Assembly (NCBI RefSeq): GCF_036321535.1
Contig: NC_087438.1
Span: forward strand, 109,678,001-109,742,000
Source: Camelus dromedarius
Lineage: Eukaryota
Length of the DNA: 64,000 bases
Reading direction: 5' to 3'
In this document: positions 25,426 through 37,822 of the stretch, one piece after another
Layout: each line of letters begins with the position of its first letter
Numbering within the stretch: position 1 is the stretch's first letter
The notes under the pieces: model-generated
What the model was told of the DNA's origin: nothing
Databases searched by the model: none
The model's input: the letters and a program-made list of their open reading frames with translations, nothing else
Translations under genes and position numbers: made by a program

Positions 25426-25814
25426 GCCTTCTAAAGACGTGACTGAAGTCAAAATCTGCCTGCTCAATTCAGTTTACCCTTCAGGAAGGAATGTCCCGGG
25501 TTGTAGAATAGCATTCTGGAATCTTCCTCTTAGTTTCTGCAGGAGCCTAGGTCTCCAAACACCTCCACATGATCTAGCATGAAGGTTCTGATCCAAGGAC
25601 AACCTGAGGCCAGGGACATCCAAGGAATTTGTAGTCCTGGATCTGCAGATCAAGTCATGGAATGAAAAATACTGAGTGAAGGAAATGCCCCAGGATGCAG
25701 GAGATAATGAATTCAACTCTCTGCAACCTCTTTTCCCAGCTGGCACCCAAATGCTTTAACCAGGTCTCCTTGAGAACGGCTCTTCATGACCCTTTCATCC
25801 TGGAAGCTACTGTG

Positions 25815-26130
25815 GGGAGGAAGGCATTCATTTACTCATTCATTCCTTTAGTCAGGGAATATTTACTGAGCTCCTCCTATGTGCCAGACACTTTTCTGGG
25901 TCCTGGAATATTACGGTCAACACAATAAATAAGATTTCTGCTCTCACAGATGGTACATTAGAATTGGGGAGGTAGCATCCATCTAAGCGAAAACCAGGAT
26001 AAGTCTAGCTGGCAGTAAGTGCAAGGAAGGGAATGAAACAGGTTAATGTGGTGGAGACTGACTGGGATCATTCGACAGACTAATCAAGGCAGGCTTCTCT
26101 GAGGAGGTGTCATTCCAGCTGAGCTGTGAA
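25815..26130 (-). mobile_element. L2 3' end
   Basis: cattcatttactcattc...atatttactgagctcctcctatgtgccagacac; caggcttctctgaggaggtgtcatt. Confidence 0.75.
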
Positions 26131-26249
26131 GGACATGAGGATTTCTTTTGAACCAAAGTCTGCCCCTGCTTCTGGAGCTACATCGCTGGGGACTTTCTCC
26201 GCCTGGCAGGGGCAAAGCCTTCAAGTGTTCCAAGTGTAGGGTGTGCCCT

Positions 26250-26760
26250 TTAGACCCTCAGTCTTCTCTTCTCCAGATAAGCATCCCCTGTTCTTTCAGC
26301 TGTTGCTCGTGTGACCCAGTTTAGCTCTGCTCAGAATCCTTCTGATCACTTGTGGATATCTGTCCATCTATCTATCTGTCTGCCTATCTATCTATCTATC
26401 TATCTATCTATCAAATCTGGTCCCCAGAATGAAACATTGTGTATGAGGTGTCCCAAAAGTGTTATATTATGCACTATGTACTGGACTCTGCATTTTTACT
26501 CATTCAGCTAAAGTAGTAAGAACTTTTATTTTTTTGGTTGGGTACATCGCATTGCTTTCTTAATTGAGCTTGCAGTCAAATAAACCACCCACGTCCTTTA
26601 TACATCTTGTAACTTGTGCCCATGGTGTTTTGGAAAGTAAATGCACAGGCTAATGTTTATTTACATTAAATTCAGTTTGGTTAGATTTAGCCTAATTCTT
26701 CAAGCCAGTCTGGATATTTTTGTTTCCTGGTTATGTCAGTCAATAGTTTTCATTCCTTCA
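26250..26760 (-). mobile_element. L3/CR1 LINE fragment
   Basis: cttctcttctccagataagcatccc; tggtccccagaatgaaac; attgagcttgcagtcaaataaacc resemble the L3 consensus as recalled. Confidence 0.6.
26357..26412. repeat. (ATCT)n tetranucleotide microsatellite
   Basis: atctatctatctgtctgcctatctatctatctatctatctatctatc. Confidence 0.95.
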
Positions 26761-26944
26761 GCAATTTATCAGGGAGACTAAATGAGATGAGAAACCCAGG
26801 TAAGAGATGATGGCACCTTGGTCTATGGTGGTAGGAATGGAAACAGAAAGATGAGGCTGGATTCAGGATATATGAAGTGGTCAGGAAGAGAGAGAGGAAC
26901 CAAGCATAATTCCTGGGTTTGGGGCCTGAGAAATAGGACCGATA

Positions 26945-27338
26945 TGGTACCACTAACTGAATGTTTTATGGTCCCCCCACCCCCTACCTCAATTCGTATG
27001 TTGAAACCCTTTCCCCCAATGTGATGGTGTTAGGAGGTGAGGCCTGTGGGAGGTGATCAGGATGAGCTGAGGTCATGAGGGTGGAGCCCTCAGGATGAGA
27101 TTAGTGCCCTTATGAGAGTCATGAGAGGACTTGCTTCTGCTCTCTGCTCTCTGCTGTGTGAGGGTAAAGTGAGAAGTCGGCAGTCTGCATCCCAGGAGAG
27201 GGCCCTCCTCAGAACCCAAATGTGCTGGCACCTTGACTTGGACTTCCAGCCTCCAGAACTGCAAGAAAATCAGTGTCTATTTATAAACCACCCAGTCGAT
27301 ACAGTACTTTGTTAGAGCATCCTGAGCTGAGTAAGACA
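26945..27338 (+). mobile_element. MLT1A-like MaLR solo LTR
   Basis: gatggtgttaggaggtgaggcct; ttggacttccagcctccagaactg; ends gagtaagaca. Confidence 0.85.
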
Positions 27339-28004
27339 GGTAAGGGGCATATTTGGGAGGAAAAATGATTTCACTCAGTGAGATGATAGTAATTTTTATT
27401 TTCTTCTTTATATTTTCTGTCGGTCCAAGTTTTTAACAATAATAGTTGGGGGCCATATTTGGGGGCAGGAAAGAGAAGACCGGGAAGTTTAGTTCTGATC
27501 GTTGAATTCAGAAGACGTGGAGGATGAGGCAAGTGCACTATATGTATGTGTACCACAGAACAGGCATTTTCCTTTTAAACCAAGCTATAGAAACCAAATC
27601 TGTATTCCTTGCAAAAGCAGAGACTCAGAAGTGACCCTGTTGAGCTACACAAATTTCTGATGGGAATAGAAATGAAAGATGTTCCCAGCCTCTTTCAGCT
27701 TTTATCAAATACAAGAACCAGAGGGCATGATCCAAGCTAAGGAAGGATTGAGCCCTGAGGAGTTGTGGGAGAGTGTGTTAACCAGGGAGCAGTTAATCCT
27801 TGGAATATACTTATAGGAGGTAGCAGTAAAATAGCACAAATGCTTTTAAAATAGATTTTATACTTAGAAAACAGAGGGCTGGGATAGAGGCATCATTTTT
27901 TATTGCCAAATTCTAGCCTCTGGTTCACTGTGGGACCTTCGCTGAGAGATTTTCCCTACAGTCACAGAATCCTAGTATGTTAAAGGGAAAGGACGTCAGA
28001 GATC

Positions 28005-29005
28005 CATCCTGTGCAGGGGGCCTTAACAAGGGGTGCACATCAGAATCACTTGGTGAATCATTATTTTTCCCTAACACTTATTTATGTTAGGGTTTTGTTT
28101 CCTTAAATTTTGCTATTGGGTTTGGCCCATTATTTTGTTTTAAACTAATTAACTGATTAAAAAAATTTTATACAGTTTTTAAAGGTTACTTTGCATGTAC
28201 AGTTATTACAAGATATTGACTATTTTTTCAACACATCCTTGAGCCTGTCTTACACCCAGTGGTTTGTGCCCCGCATTTCCCCACTCACCCCACATTGCCC
28301 CTCTCCCCATCCCTACTGGTGACCACTAGTTTGTTCTCTACATCTGTGAGTCTGCCTCTTTTTTGTTTTATGCACAAATTTGTTGTACTTTTTGGATTCC
28401 ACATGTAAGTGATACAGTACAGTGTTTGTCTTTATCAGTTCGTCTGACTTACTTCACTTAGCATAATGCCCTCCAAGTCCAATCCATGTTGCTGCAACTG
28501 GCAAAATTTTGTTCTTTTTATGGCTGAGTAGTATTCCATTGTGTGTACATACCACATCTTCTTATCCATGTATCTGTTGATGGATACTTAGGTTCCTTCC
28601 ATATTTTGGCAATTGTAAGTAACACTGCTGTGAACATTGGGGTGTATGTATCTTTTTGAATTAGTGTTTTAANNNNNNNNNNNNNNNNNNNNNNNNNNNN
28701 NNNNNNNNNNNNNNNNNNNNNNNNNNNNNNNNNNNNNNNNNNNNNNNNNNNNNNNNNNNNNNNNNNNNNNNNNNNNNNNNNNNNNNNNNNNNNNNNNNNN
28801 NNNNNNNNNNNNNNNNNNNNNNNNNNNNNNNNNNNNNNNNNNNNNNNNNNNNNNNNNNNNNNNNATGACAGCTGTTCTGACAGGTGTGAGGTGATATCTC
28901 ATTGTGGTTTTGATATACATTTCCTTGATGGTTAGTGATGTTGAGCTGAGCACATTATTTTGGAAAAGTTTCCTAGGTCATTTGATACATACTGCCTGTA
29001 AGGAT
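28005..29005. mobile_element. MER5-type hAT MITE split by an L1
   Basis: gggtgcacatcagaatcacttgg on the left and ttttggaaaagtttcctaggtcatttgatac on the right rejoin when 28138-28952 is removed. Confidence 0.5.
28138..28952 (-). mobile_element. 5'-truncated L1 (ORF2 C-terminus and 3'UTR)
   Basis: Translated ORF2 end (KEMYIKTTMRYHLTPVR); 10-bp TSD cattattttg at 28128-28137 and 28953-28962; N-run 28673-28864. Confidence 0.85.
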
Positions 29006-29456
29006 CTCTGATCTGGTGTAACCGCCTCATTATATGGATGAAGAAACTAAAACATGGAGAGGTTAAGAGATTTGTTCACTGCTCACAGAAAAGCACAGAA
29101 ATTGCCCTGGGAGTCACCTTGCTCAATAGAGAAAATATAATAACATAAGACCACTTAATCTCTTTATGTCATACTTCATTAAATAATTAACAGTTAACTA
29201 GACATAGTAATAACTGTATATCTGAAAAACAGAGTTGAGTAAAGAAGAAACAGAATGAGATTTATGTAAATTAAATGCATTTATATAAATTAAAACAACA
29301 CATGATTCTATATTTTACAAACCTAAGTACATATTTAAGGATCTACATCAAACGCATTAGCACGTGTGCCTGTTCGTGAAGGGACTTCTGGGGATGAAGA
29401 AATTAATAAAACCCAAGAGAAAGGCACATCTTGACTGATGACAAGCATGTGCTGTA

Positions 29457-29583
29457 GGGGGAGGGTATAGCTCAGCGGTAGAGTACATGCCTCACGTGCA
29501 TGAGGTCCTGAGTTCAATCCCCAGTATCGCCATTAAAGTAAATAAATAAATAAAACAAATTACCTCCCCCCCAAAAAACAACA
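29457..29583 (+). mobile_element. Vic-1 type SINE, copy 2
   Basis: gggggagggtatagctcagcggtagagtacatg...gagttcaatccccag; tail aaataaa-aattacctcccc-aaaa. Confidence 0.9.
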
Positions 29584-29669
29584 AGAGTGTGGTATGAATT
29601 GAGGTACAAGATTTCTCAATTCTCTGCACTCAAATTATTAAAAAAAAATAAACCCATGATCAACATGAT

Positions 29670-30178
29670 TATAGATGAGCAGATAAACAAAATGTGGTAT
29701 GTACATATAATGGTATATCACTCAGCCATAAAAAGTAATGAAGTCCGACACATGCTACCACATGAATGAACCTTGAAGACAACACGCTAAGTGAAGTGAG
29801 CCAGGCACAAATGGAGAAATATTGATTCCAGTTAAATGAAACGTCCAAAATGGGCAAATTCATAGAGGTAGAAAGTAGATTAGAGGTTTCTAGGGGCTGA
29901 GGGGAGAAGAAATGGAGAGTTATTACTTAATGGTGATAGAGTTTCTGTTGGGAGTGATGAAAAAGTTTTGGAAATAGATAATGGTGATGGTTGCACAAAC
30001 TTTGAATGTGATGAGTGCTACTAAACTGTACATCTGAAAATGGCAGATTTTGTGAAACATACATTTTTCCACAATTAAAATATTAACAATGTAATGTGCT
30101 GTGAACCATTGATTCTACACTTTAAGTGGGTGAACTGTATGACTTGTGAATTATATTCCAATAAAGCTATTGAAAAAT
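29670..30178 (+). mobile_element. L1MB-type 3' end
   Basis: gataaacaaaatgtggtatgtacat...gatggttgcacaaac...gtgaattatattccaataaagctattgaaaaa. Confidence 0.85.
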
Positions 30179-32439
30179 TCACAAGCTTAACTTTCCTTTG
30201 CCTTTCATTCCTTCTGTGGAAACATGAGAACTTCAGAGGATGGGAAAGAATAGTTCCTCAGCTCAGCAGATGCAGCAATTAAATTCTCTAAGGTACCATA
30301 AATGTTTCGGGTATGGTTCTGTGTTGGACTTTTTGGGCATCTTGACACGTTTCTGGCAATGCAAAGATTTAACAAGGTTTGGGAACTGGTAATTTGTTAT
30401 ATACGTAGTAGCTATTTTTAAATAATTTGGGGTCTTCTTGGCCCAGGACATCGATGTCCATGCTGTTTGAGCAAATATGTGGACACATCTGCTTTCCCTG
30501 CATTTTTGCTTTTGGCAGCCAGTGACTTTGGCATGAGGACAGTGTGTGGCGTATATAAGGTTTAAGTTTTGTGCAACAAGGTCCCTTATAAAATGCAGTT
30601 GGGAAGGAACAGATACTTGAGGCACCCATCACCTGTGCTGAAAACTTCACAGGTCCCTTAAGTTTCTTATATTTGGGCCATTTCCTGTTTTCAGTCTTGA
30701 AAAGTTAATTGAGAAGAGAACTGTTTTATCTCTCAGACCTCCAGTCTCTGGAGAAAAGAGGGACAGCGGATAACTTTTTTTTTTTTAATTGGAAAGAAAA
30801 GTTTAAGTGCACTCTTTCAGCTTGGAAATAAGTTTTGATTTATATAGGTTAAGATCGATTCCTGCTTCATTTAAATTCTTTCTGTCCCATCTTAATTATA
30901 TCCATGTGTCTCGCAGAAACCCATCGTCTGGCCTTGTGGAATTATCATTCCGTCCAAAAGTGTGGGTGAGGACTGCCACTGCCAGTTACTGACAAAAGCA
31001 AGAGTGTTTGTCCTACTGCCTTGCCCAGTGATAAGCTAGGGGCCCAGCTACCACTGGTCATTTGCATGCATAGTGGACCGTTTCATTAAGAATTTCATTA
31101 AGATGGTAATATTTAATGTTTCCCGGGAAAAATGAGTTTGGGGCTTGTTCAATTATATAATTAAAGTCAGAGAATTAGGGGTGATTGCAAACTGCTTGCA
31201 TAATGTGGGCAAATATAATGATAAAGCTTGTAAACAAGTTCAAAAGAATCATGCTCCGTACGAATGCTGTTGCTAAATCAGATTAGGGGGGTGGGCATAT
31301 GGAAAATGTGGACTGAAAAGTTCACCAGAGTTTAACTCTGGTGTCTACTGGCTGAGCTCCTTGCTCTCTGGGCCCTCTCAGGGAGATAAATGGTAGAACA
31401 AAGTCAGAGCTGTGGACTGGTTAGTCAGGTTCTAGAAGGTTCCAGGAACATACTTCTTTATTTTTTCTATAGGCAGTGATTTCCTATATAGAAAAGAAAA
31501 AGAAAAAAAAAAAACCCCACAAAAAACAGTGGCATAGGATTGCAAGCTTTCTTAACTGGTAGCCAGGGTGTTTTTCTTTCCTTGCTTCTGTGATGACAAT
31601 CCTTGTCCTCTCCCTGCGTTTCTTCTAGCCTATAAAACAGGAAGTCCCACCATTTTGAAAGAATTAGGAAGGCTGTTTATGTTCTTTCTTCCGATCTCTT
31701 CACTTTTTTCTAAGGAAGGAAAAGTGATTCAGTGGTTCAGTGGGCTCAAGCTAACTTTCCTGAAGAACTGGGGAGGTGGGAAAATTGACTACTGTAGCAC
31801 TATGTGTGATTTGTATGTGAATATTAGACATGCCTGTTCCTGAGGAATATTCCCTGAGCCACATGTATCCACAGTGGTTCCAGCCCCCTCACCAATTCCT
31901 CCACCACTTTTCTCTAAAAAAATTTCTTTCACTTTATTATGCAGAGCAGTTATTATGCTTCTGAACTTGGCTCTGAGTTTTCTTTGCATAACCAAAGGCC
32001 CAGGAACTGTGCTCTTTCTCCCTTCACCACATCCCTCAAGGCCTTTGTCAGGAAGATGGGTTTAGTTCAGTCTGTGTGAATTTGGCTTACATACACGTGT
32101 TCCTAAAGCTTGGTGTGGCTGGGTCCTAGGGATTCTAACACAACAGAGAAGGGGCAAGAGAAATGTGTTATATGCTTGTCTCTGATCTCTGCTAACTTTT
32201 AAAAGCCAAGTATCAGTAATTACTCACTTTTTTTTTTTGTAAAATATGTGTTTTCACCAATTCCAGGAACCTATTTTAAATAGAGAGCTTTAGAGTTCTG
32301 CAGGAACACAAAAAGGACATACACTGATCCGACCTTCTGCATCTTATGCTTTATTGAACTTTGATATCTGGGACATGTCATGGGAGTCAAAACTAAGAAA
32401 GTCTAAAAAAAAAATTGGGGAAAAAAAAAGCTAAGAAAG

Positions 32440-32640
32440 TCTCAAACCCAGTTTAAAGGACCATTCAGACCAGTGTTTAAGTCCCAGGTCTCCACTTCCA
32501 TCTGTACTTCTATCTAAGTTCCCTTGTGTGGAAATATGGAGATGACAGTTCCTACCTCCTAGGGCTCTGGAGAGGATTAAATGAGATAATGTATGTAAAA
32601 CACATAGCCAAGTAATTGATATTTCAACAAACTAGTTCTT
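32440..32640 (+). mobile_element. MIR SINE
   Basis: gtttaagtcccagg; cctacctcctagggctctggagaggattaaatgagataatgtatgtaaaac. Confidence 0.75.
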
Positions 32641-32699
32641 ATGATTACATTCTAAACAAGGTTTACATAAAAAGAGTACAAGAATGCCTCTTCCCACCG

Positions 32700-33058
32700 T
32701 ACCCTTTATCAGTGCCCTTGTGGCTTTAATCTTCTTCTATCACCAGAAGAACAAGGAGTTTTAACTTGCCACTAATGCAGCCCTGCTCAACCACAGAGCC
32801 CAGACAGTGGCCCTGCCTGACTGGAGCCCAGCGAGCAGACTTGCCCAACTGTAGAATCCAGCCAGTGACCCAGGCTAGCCTCAGAGCATGGGAAGTGGCC
32901 CTACTCAAACAGAGACCCTATCAACAAGGCCAGTCCATTCAAAGATGCTACCAGTGGCCCATCCTGAACCCCAGACTGATGGGTTTCCCTGCCTAAGCAA
33001 ACTTGTAAAGACTGGAAGAGGTGACCACTTCTTGAAATGCATAGACACCAAAGCAAAG
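32700..33058 (+). mobile_element. old L1M 5'UTR / ORF1 start
   Basis: gtaaagactggaagaggtgaccacttcttgaaatgcatagacacc resembles the L1M 5' region just before ORF1. Confidence 0.6.
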
Positions 33059-33059
33059 A

Positions 33060-34102
33060 CAGCCTAATGAATGGAAGAAGATATTTGCAAACAATATGTC
33101 TAATGAAGGGTTAATATCCAAAATATATTATAAACTCATGCAATTCAATACCCCAAAATCAAGCAACTCAGTTGAAAAATGGGCAGAGAATCCTAANNNN
33201 NNNNNNNNNNNNNNNNNNNNNNNNNNNNNNNNNNNNNNNNNNNNNNNNNNNNNNNNNNNNNNNNNNNNNNNNNNNNNNNNNNNNNNNNNNNNNNNNNNNN
33301 NNNNNNNNNNNNNNNNNNNNNNNNNTATCATAAAAAAGTCTACATAACAAGCATTGGCAAAAATGTAGAGAAAAGGGAACCCTTGTGCTTTCTTGGTGGG
33401 GATGTAACTTGGAATAGGCACTATGGAAAACAGTATGGAGGTTCTTCAGAAAACTAAAAATAGAACTAGCATGTGATTCAACAATTCTACTCCCAGGTAT
33501 TTATCCAAAGGAAAAAACCACTAATTCAAAAAGACATTTACACCTCAATGTTCATAGAAGCATTATATGCAATAGCCAAGGTATGGAAGCAGCCTGTGTC
33601 CATCAACAGATGAATAGGTAAAGAAGATGTGGTACATATATATACACACACACAATGGACTATTACTCAGCCACAATAAAGAATGAAATTTTGCCATATG
33701 TGATGCTGTAGTTGGACCTGGAGGATATAATGCTTAGTGAAATAAATCAGACAGAGTAAGACAAATGCTCTGTGTTTCATTGATATATGGAATCTAAAAA
33801 AATAAAACAAATGACAGATTATACCAAAGAGAAACAGACACACAGATACAGAGAACAAACTAGTAGTTACCAGAGGGGAGAGAGTCTGGGAGATGGGCAA
33901 ATAGGTAAAGAGGATTAGAGGGTATAAACTACTAGGTATAAAGTAAGTAAGTTACAAGGATGTGTAAGGTACAGCACAGGAATACTGTCAATATTTTATA
34001 ATAATTTGTTTGGAGTATAATCTATAAAAATAATCAAATTACTATGTTGTACATCTGAAACTAATATAATACTGTAAGTCAAGTATTATTCAACTTAAAA
34101 AA
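33060..34102 (+). mobile_element. 5'-truncated L1 (ORF2 C-terminus and 3'UTR) nested in an older L1
   Basis: Translates as EGLISKIY...SVEKWAEN (L1 ORF2 end); 3'UTR ends caacttaaaaaa; N-run 33197-33325. Confidence 0.9.
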
Positions 34103-34109
34103 GTACTAA

Positions 34110-36156
34110 GAGAAAAGAGACTTGTCGTAAGGGAACCCCTATAAACTATTAGTGGATTTCTCAGCAGAGACCTTGCAGGCCGGGAGAGAGTGGGATGATA
34201 TATTCAAAGTATTGAAAGAAAAAAACCTTCCAATCAAGAATCCTACACGTAGCAACACTGTCCAGAAATGGAGGAGAGACAAAGACTTTCCCAAACAAAC
34301 AAAAGCTGATGGGATTTATCACCACTGGACGTGCCCCTACAGGAAATACTAAATTGAGATATATAAGCTGAAAGGAAAGGATGCTAATAACAAAATAAAA
34401 ACATATGAAAACATAAAATGCACCAGTAAACGTAAACATGTAGTCAAATTCAGAATTCTTTATTATTGTAATGGTGGTGTGTACATCAATTTTAACTTTA
34501 GTGTGAAAGTTAAAAGATAGATATGTTAAAATAATTACAACTACAATAATTTTTTAATGGGTACACAGTATAAAAAGAGGTAAATTATGACATTAAAAAC
34601 ATGAAATATGGGTGGGGTAAAAGAGTGAGGTTTTTGTATGTGATCAAAATTAGTTATGAGCATAAAATAGACTGCTATAACTATAAGATGTTTTATGTAA
34701 GCATACTACCACAAATGTCATCAGATCACAAAGGATGACAGCCAGGGAAGAATAGAGGAGCAGAGAAACTACAAAACAGTCAGAAAACAATCAACAAAAT
34801 GGCAATGAAGGCCCTTATTATCAATAGTTGCCTCAAAGATAAATGCGTTCTCTAATCAAAAAGCTTAGAGGGTCTGAGTGGACTAAAAACCACAAGGTCT
34901 AACTCTCTGCTGCCAACAGGAGACTTGCTTTAGTTTTAAGGACATATATAAGCTGAAAGTGAAGAGATGGAAAAACGTACTCCACGTAAATGATAACCAA
35001 CAAGAGAGCATCAGACAAAATAGACTTTAAGTCAAAAACTGTCACAAGAGACAAAGGAAGTCATTATATGATGATAATGTGGTAAATTCATCAAGAGAAT
35101 ATAATAATTATAAATAATTATATGCCCAACATCAGAGTACCTTTATACATAAAGCAAATATTAACAGAATCTTGAAAGGAGAAATAAATAGCATTACAGT
35201 AATAGCAGGGAACTCTAATACCCCACTCTCAATGATGGAAAAATCATCCAGACAGAAAATTAATAAGGAAACAGTGGCTTGAACAACACTATACATCTAT
35301 AGAACATCCCATTCAAATAGTAGTACAATAGACTTTCTTCTCAAGTGCACATGGAGTATTCTTCATTTTAGGCCCCAAAAAAGTCTTAGCAAGTTCAAGA
35401 AGACTGAAATCATATCAAGTATCTTTCCTGACCACAGTGGTCTGAAACTAGAAGTCAGTAGCAGGAAGAAAAGTGAAAAATTCACAGATATGTGGAAATG
35501 AACATACTCCTGAAAAAGTAATTGGTCAAAGAAGAAATCAAAAGAGAAATCATAAAGTATCTTAAGACAAAAATGGAAACACAATACACTAGAACTTCTA
35601 GGATGCAGCAGAAGCAAATCTAAGAGGAAAATTTATAATGATAAATGCTTGCATTAAGAAAAAATAAAGATCTCAAATAAATAAACTTTACACCTCAAAG
35701 GACTAGAAAAAGAAGAATAAGCTAAGCCTGAAGTTAACAGAAGGGAATTATAAAGATTAATCGAGGAGAAATAAACAAAATAGAGAAAAGAAAAACGATA
35801 GAAAAGATCAACGAAACTAAGATGTGGTTTCTTGAAAAGATAAACAAAATTGGCAAAACTATCAGCCAGCTTTGCAAAGAAAAACAGGAGGACTTAAGTA
35901 AATAAAATTATAAATGGATGAAGAGACATTACAACATGATAGCACAGAAATACGAAGGATCATAGGAGACGTCTGTGAACAATTATACACCAGCAAATTG
36001 GGCAATTTAAGAAGAAATGGATAAGTTCTCAGAAACTTACAACCTATCAAGGCTGAATGATGAAGAAATAGAAAATCTGAACAGACCAATAATGAACAAG
36101 GAGATTGGATCAGCCATCACAAACCTCCCAACAAAGTAAAGCCCAGGACCAGATGG
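34110..36156 (+). mobile_element. degraded L1: ORF1 C-terminus, inter-ORF region and ORF2 endonuclease/linker, truncated at its 3' end
   Basis: ORF1 DFSAETLQAGREWDDIFKVLKEKN; ORF2 SDKIDFKSKTVTRDK and WFLEKINKI; stops right after aaagcccaggaccagatgg (the SPGPDG motif); many stops and frameshifts. Confidence 0.9.
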
Positions 36157-37594
36157 AACAACAACAAAGAAGATCCACATAAGCAGTGTGACAGAGGATA
36201 TAACTACTGCATTAAAGAAGGTATTTCAGTTCATTTGCATACTTCTGGAGACTCACAAGACGATTTACTATAGAATTAGTATGAGCATAGAATAAAATAA
36301 CTTTAATTCCAAGCAGAAATTTCAGGATGAGCCAAATTTGGATTTTTCTTTTTTAACAGTCTTTCTTTCTAATACCAGTCTTCTACTTGGATGGATGAAG
36401 GTGGTATTTAAATGATATTTTTATGACAGTATCAAAAATTGATACTGAAAGAGATAAAGATGATACTTTTACTTCTTTTTCTTACAACACTTAAGTTGTA
36501 ATAACGGAATCTAAGTGATTACTGGGTCAGTCTTAAAGTATTTTAGAGTGGACCCAATGAAGACTATTAACAAATTGGTTAGAGGAATTAGTGATTCAGT
36601 CAGTTGAAGAAATGATTAGTATTTTAGGATAAATCGGAAAAAAAAACTAAACAATACTATACTAAACTGTACTAAAATCCAGCACTGAGGCTAAAATATG
36701 TATCTTTGAAACTGTGTGCATACTCTAACATGGCAGCCGTCTGTAACACAACGTGCTCATATCCTCTCTGTGCTGTGGCTTTGGCTACTTCAGACTGATC
36801 TTTGTAGAACATAAGCTTAAATAGGATATCCAATTATGTGTGAATTTATGGCATTCTCAGTCCTAAACAATTGTGGTGATAAACAATACTTAAAGCCTTG
36901 TAAATTCCCTACCCAATCATACATTCTATCAAATTGTCACCTCTCAGACCCTATGTGAAAATCAGCCATGAATATGAGAGGATATGAAAAAATGGGACAG
37001 TTCTTCATTGTTTCTAATTCTGGAAATAAGTGAAAACATTTGAGAAAAATTCTTACCTCCCTTACCTCCGATTCTTTCAGAAGGCAAGTGTTGGATTTCA
37101 GGTGTGTAGAATCCTACTTTATGCCTAGTATTGGGCTGAATGGTGCTCAGGTCATAGTCCAAGTGTGAGGTGAAGTGGCAACAGGCAATGGTGATGGCAG
37201 AGAAAATGGAGAAGAAGCCATAAATTGAGACAGTAAGGGAAGAAATGATAGAGTTTGATTTTTTATTAGTGTAGTTTGAGTTCTATAATTACACTTTTTA
37301 GTAGTTGATGTGAGTGTTATCAACAGTATGCAGTTTACACTTGGATTAACTGAAGCTCTCAACAATGGGCTGATGTACATGAATTATGGTAGAACTAGAA
37401 ACACAGAGAATATTTTCCTAAGGAACTGACACTGACATAGAAGCCTAGATAACAACACATAGACTGACACACTGCTTTTGCTTTTTGATGCAACTAGTGG
37501 GCTAGTGGGGAAAACAGAGAAAGATTTCTCAATACCCAGAGTCAGAGTCAGAGGATGTTAGTATTTGAAGGTCTTTTGAGGCCATCTTCTAGAT

Positions 37595-37822
37595 CAGAGG
37601 ATGGCAAACTTTTTCCTGTAAAAGAGAAGATAGTACATATTTAAAGCTTTGTGGGCCATGTGGTTTTTGCCACAATTCTGCAGTGTCTCAGCTCCACCCT
37701 CGTAGGAGGAAAACAGTCATAGACAATTTGTAAATGAACTGACATGAATACGTTCCAGTAAAGCCTCATTTGCAAAAATAGTATTTGGATTTAGACCAAA
37801 TACTGTAGTTTGCTGATTCCCG
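37595..37822 (+). mobile_element. MER58A hAT-Charlie MITE nested in a MIR
   Basis: cagaggatggcaaactttttcctgtaaaag...tgtagtttgctgattcccg; 8-bp TSD ttctagat/ctctggat (6 of 8 match; hAT NTCTAGAN type). Confidence 0.85.

Noticed and set aside
30446-30459. Perfect 14-bp palindrome GGACATCGATGTCC
   Set aside because: About four are expected by chance in 64 kb (64000/4^7)
30263-30650. Two overlapping minus-strand ORFs (120 and 93 aa)
   Set aside because: No recognisable domain or exon boundaries; such lengths arise by chance in 64 kb over six frames
36427-36447. 9-bp hairpin cagtatcaa-aaa-ttgatactg
   Set aside because: Expected by chance in AT-rich DNA when loop length is free; no supporting context
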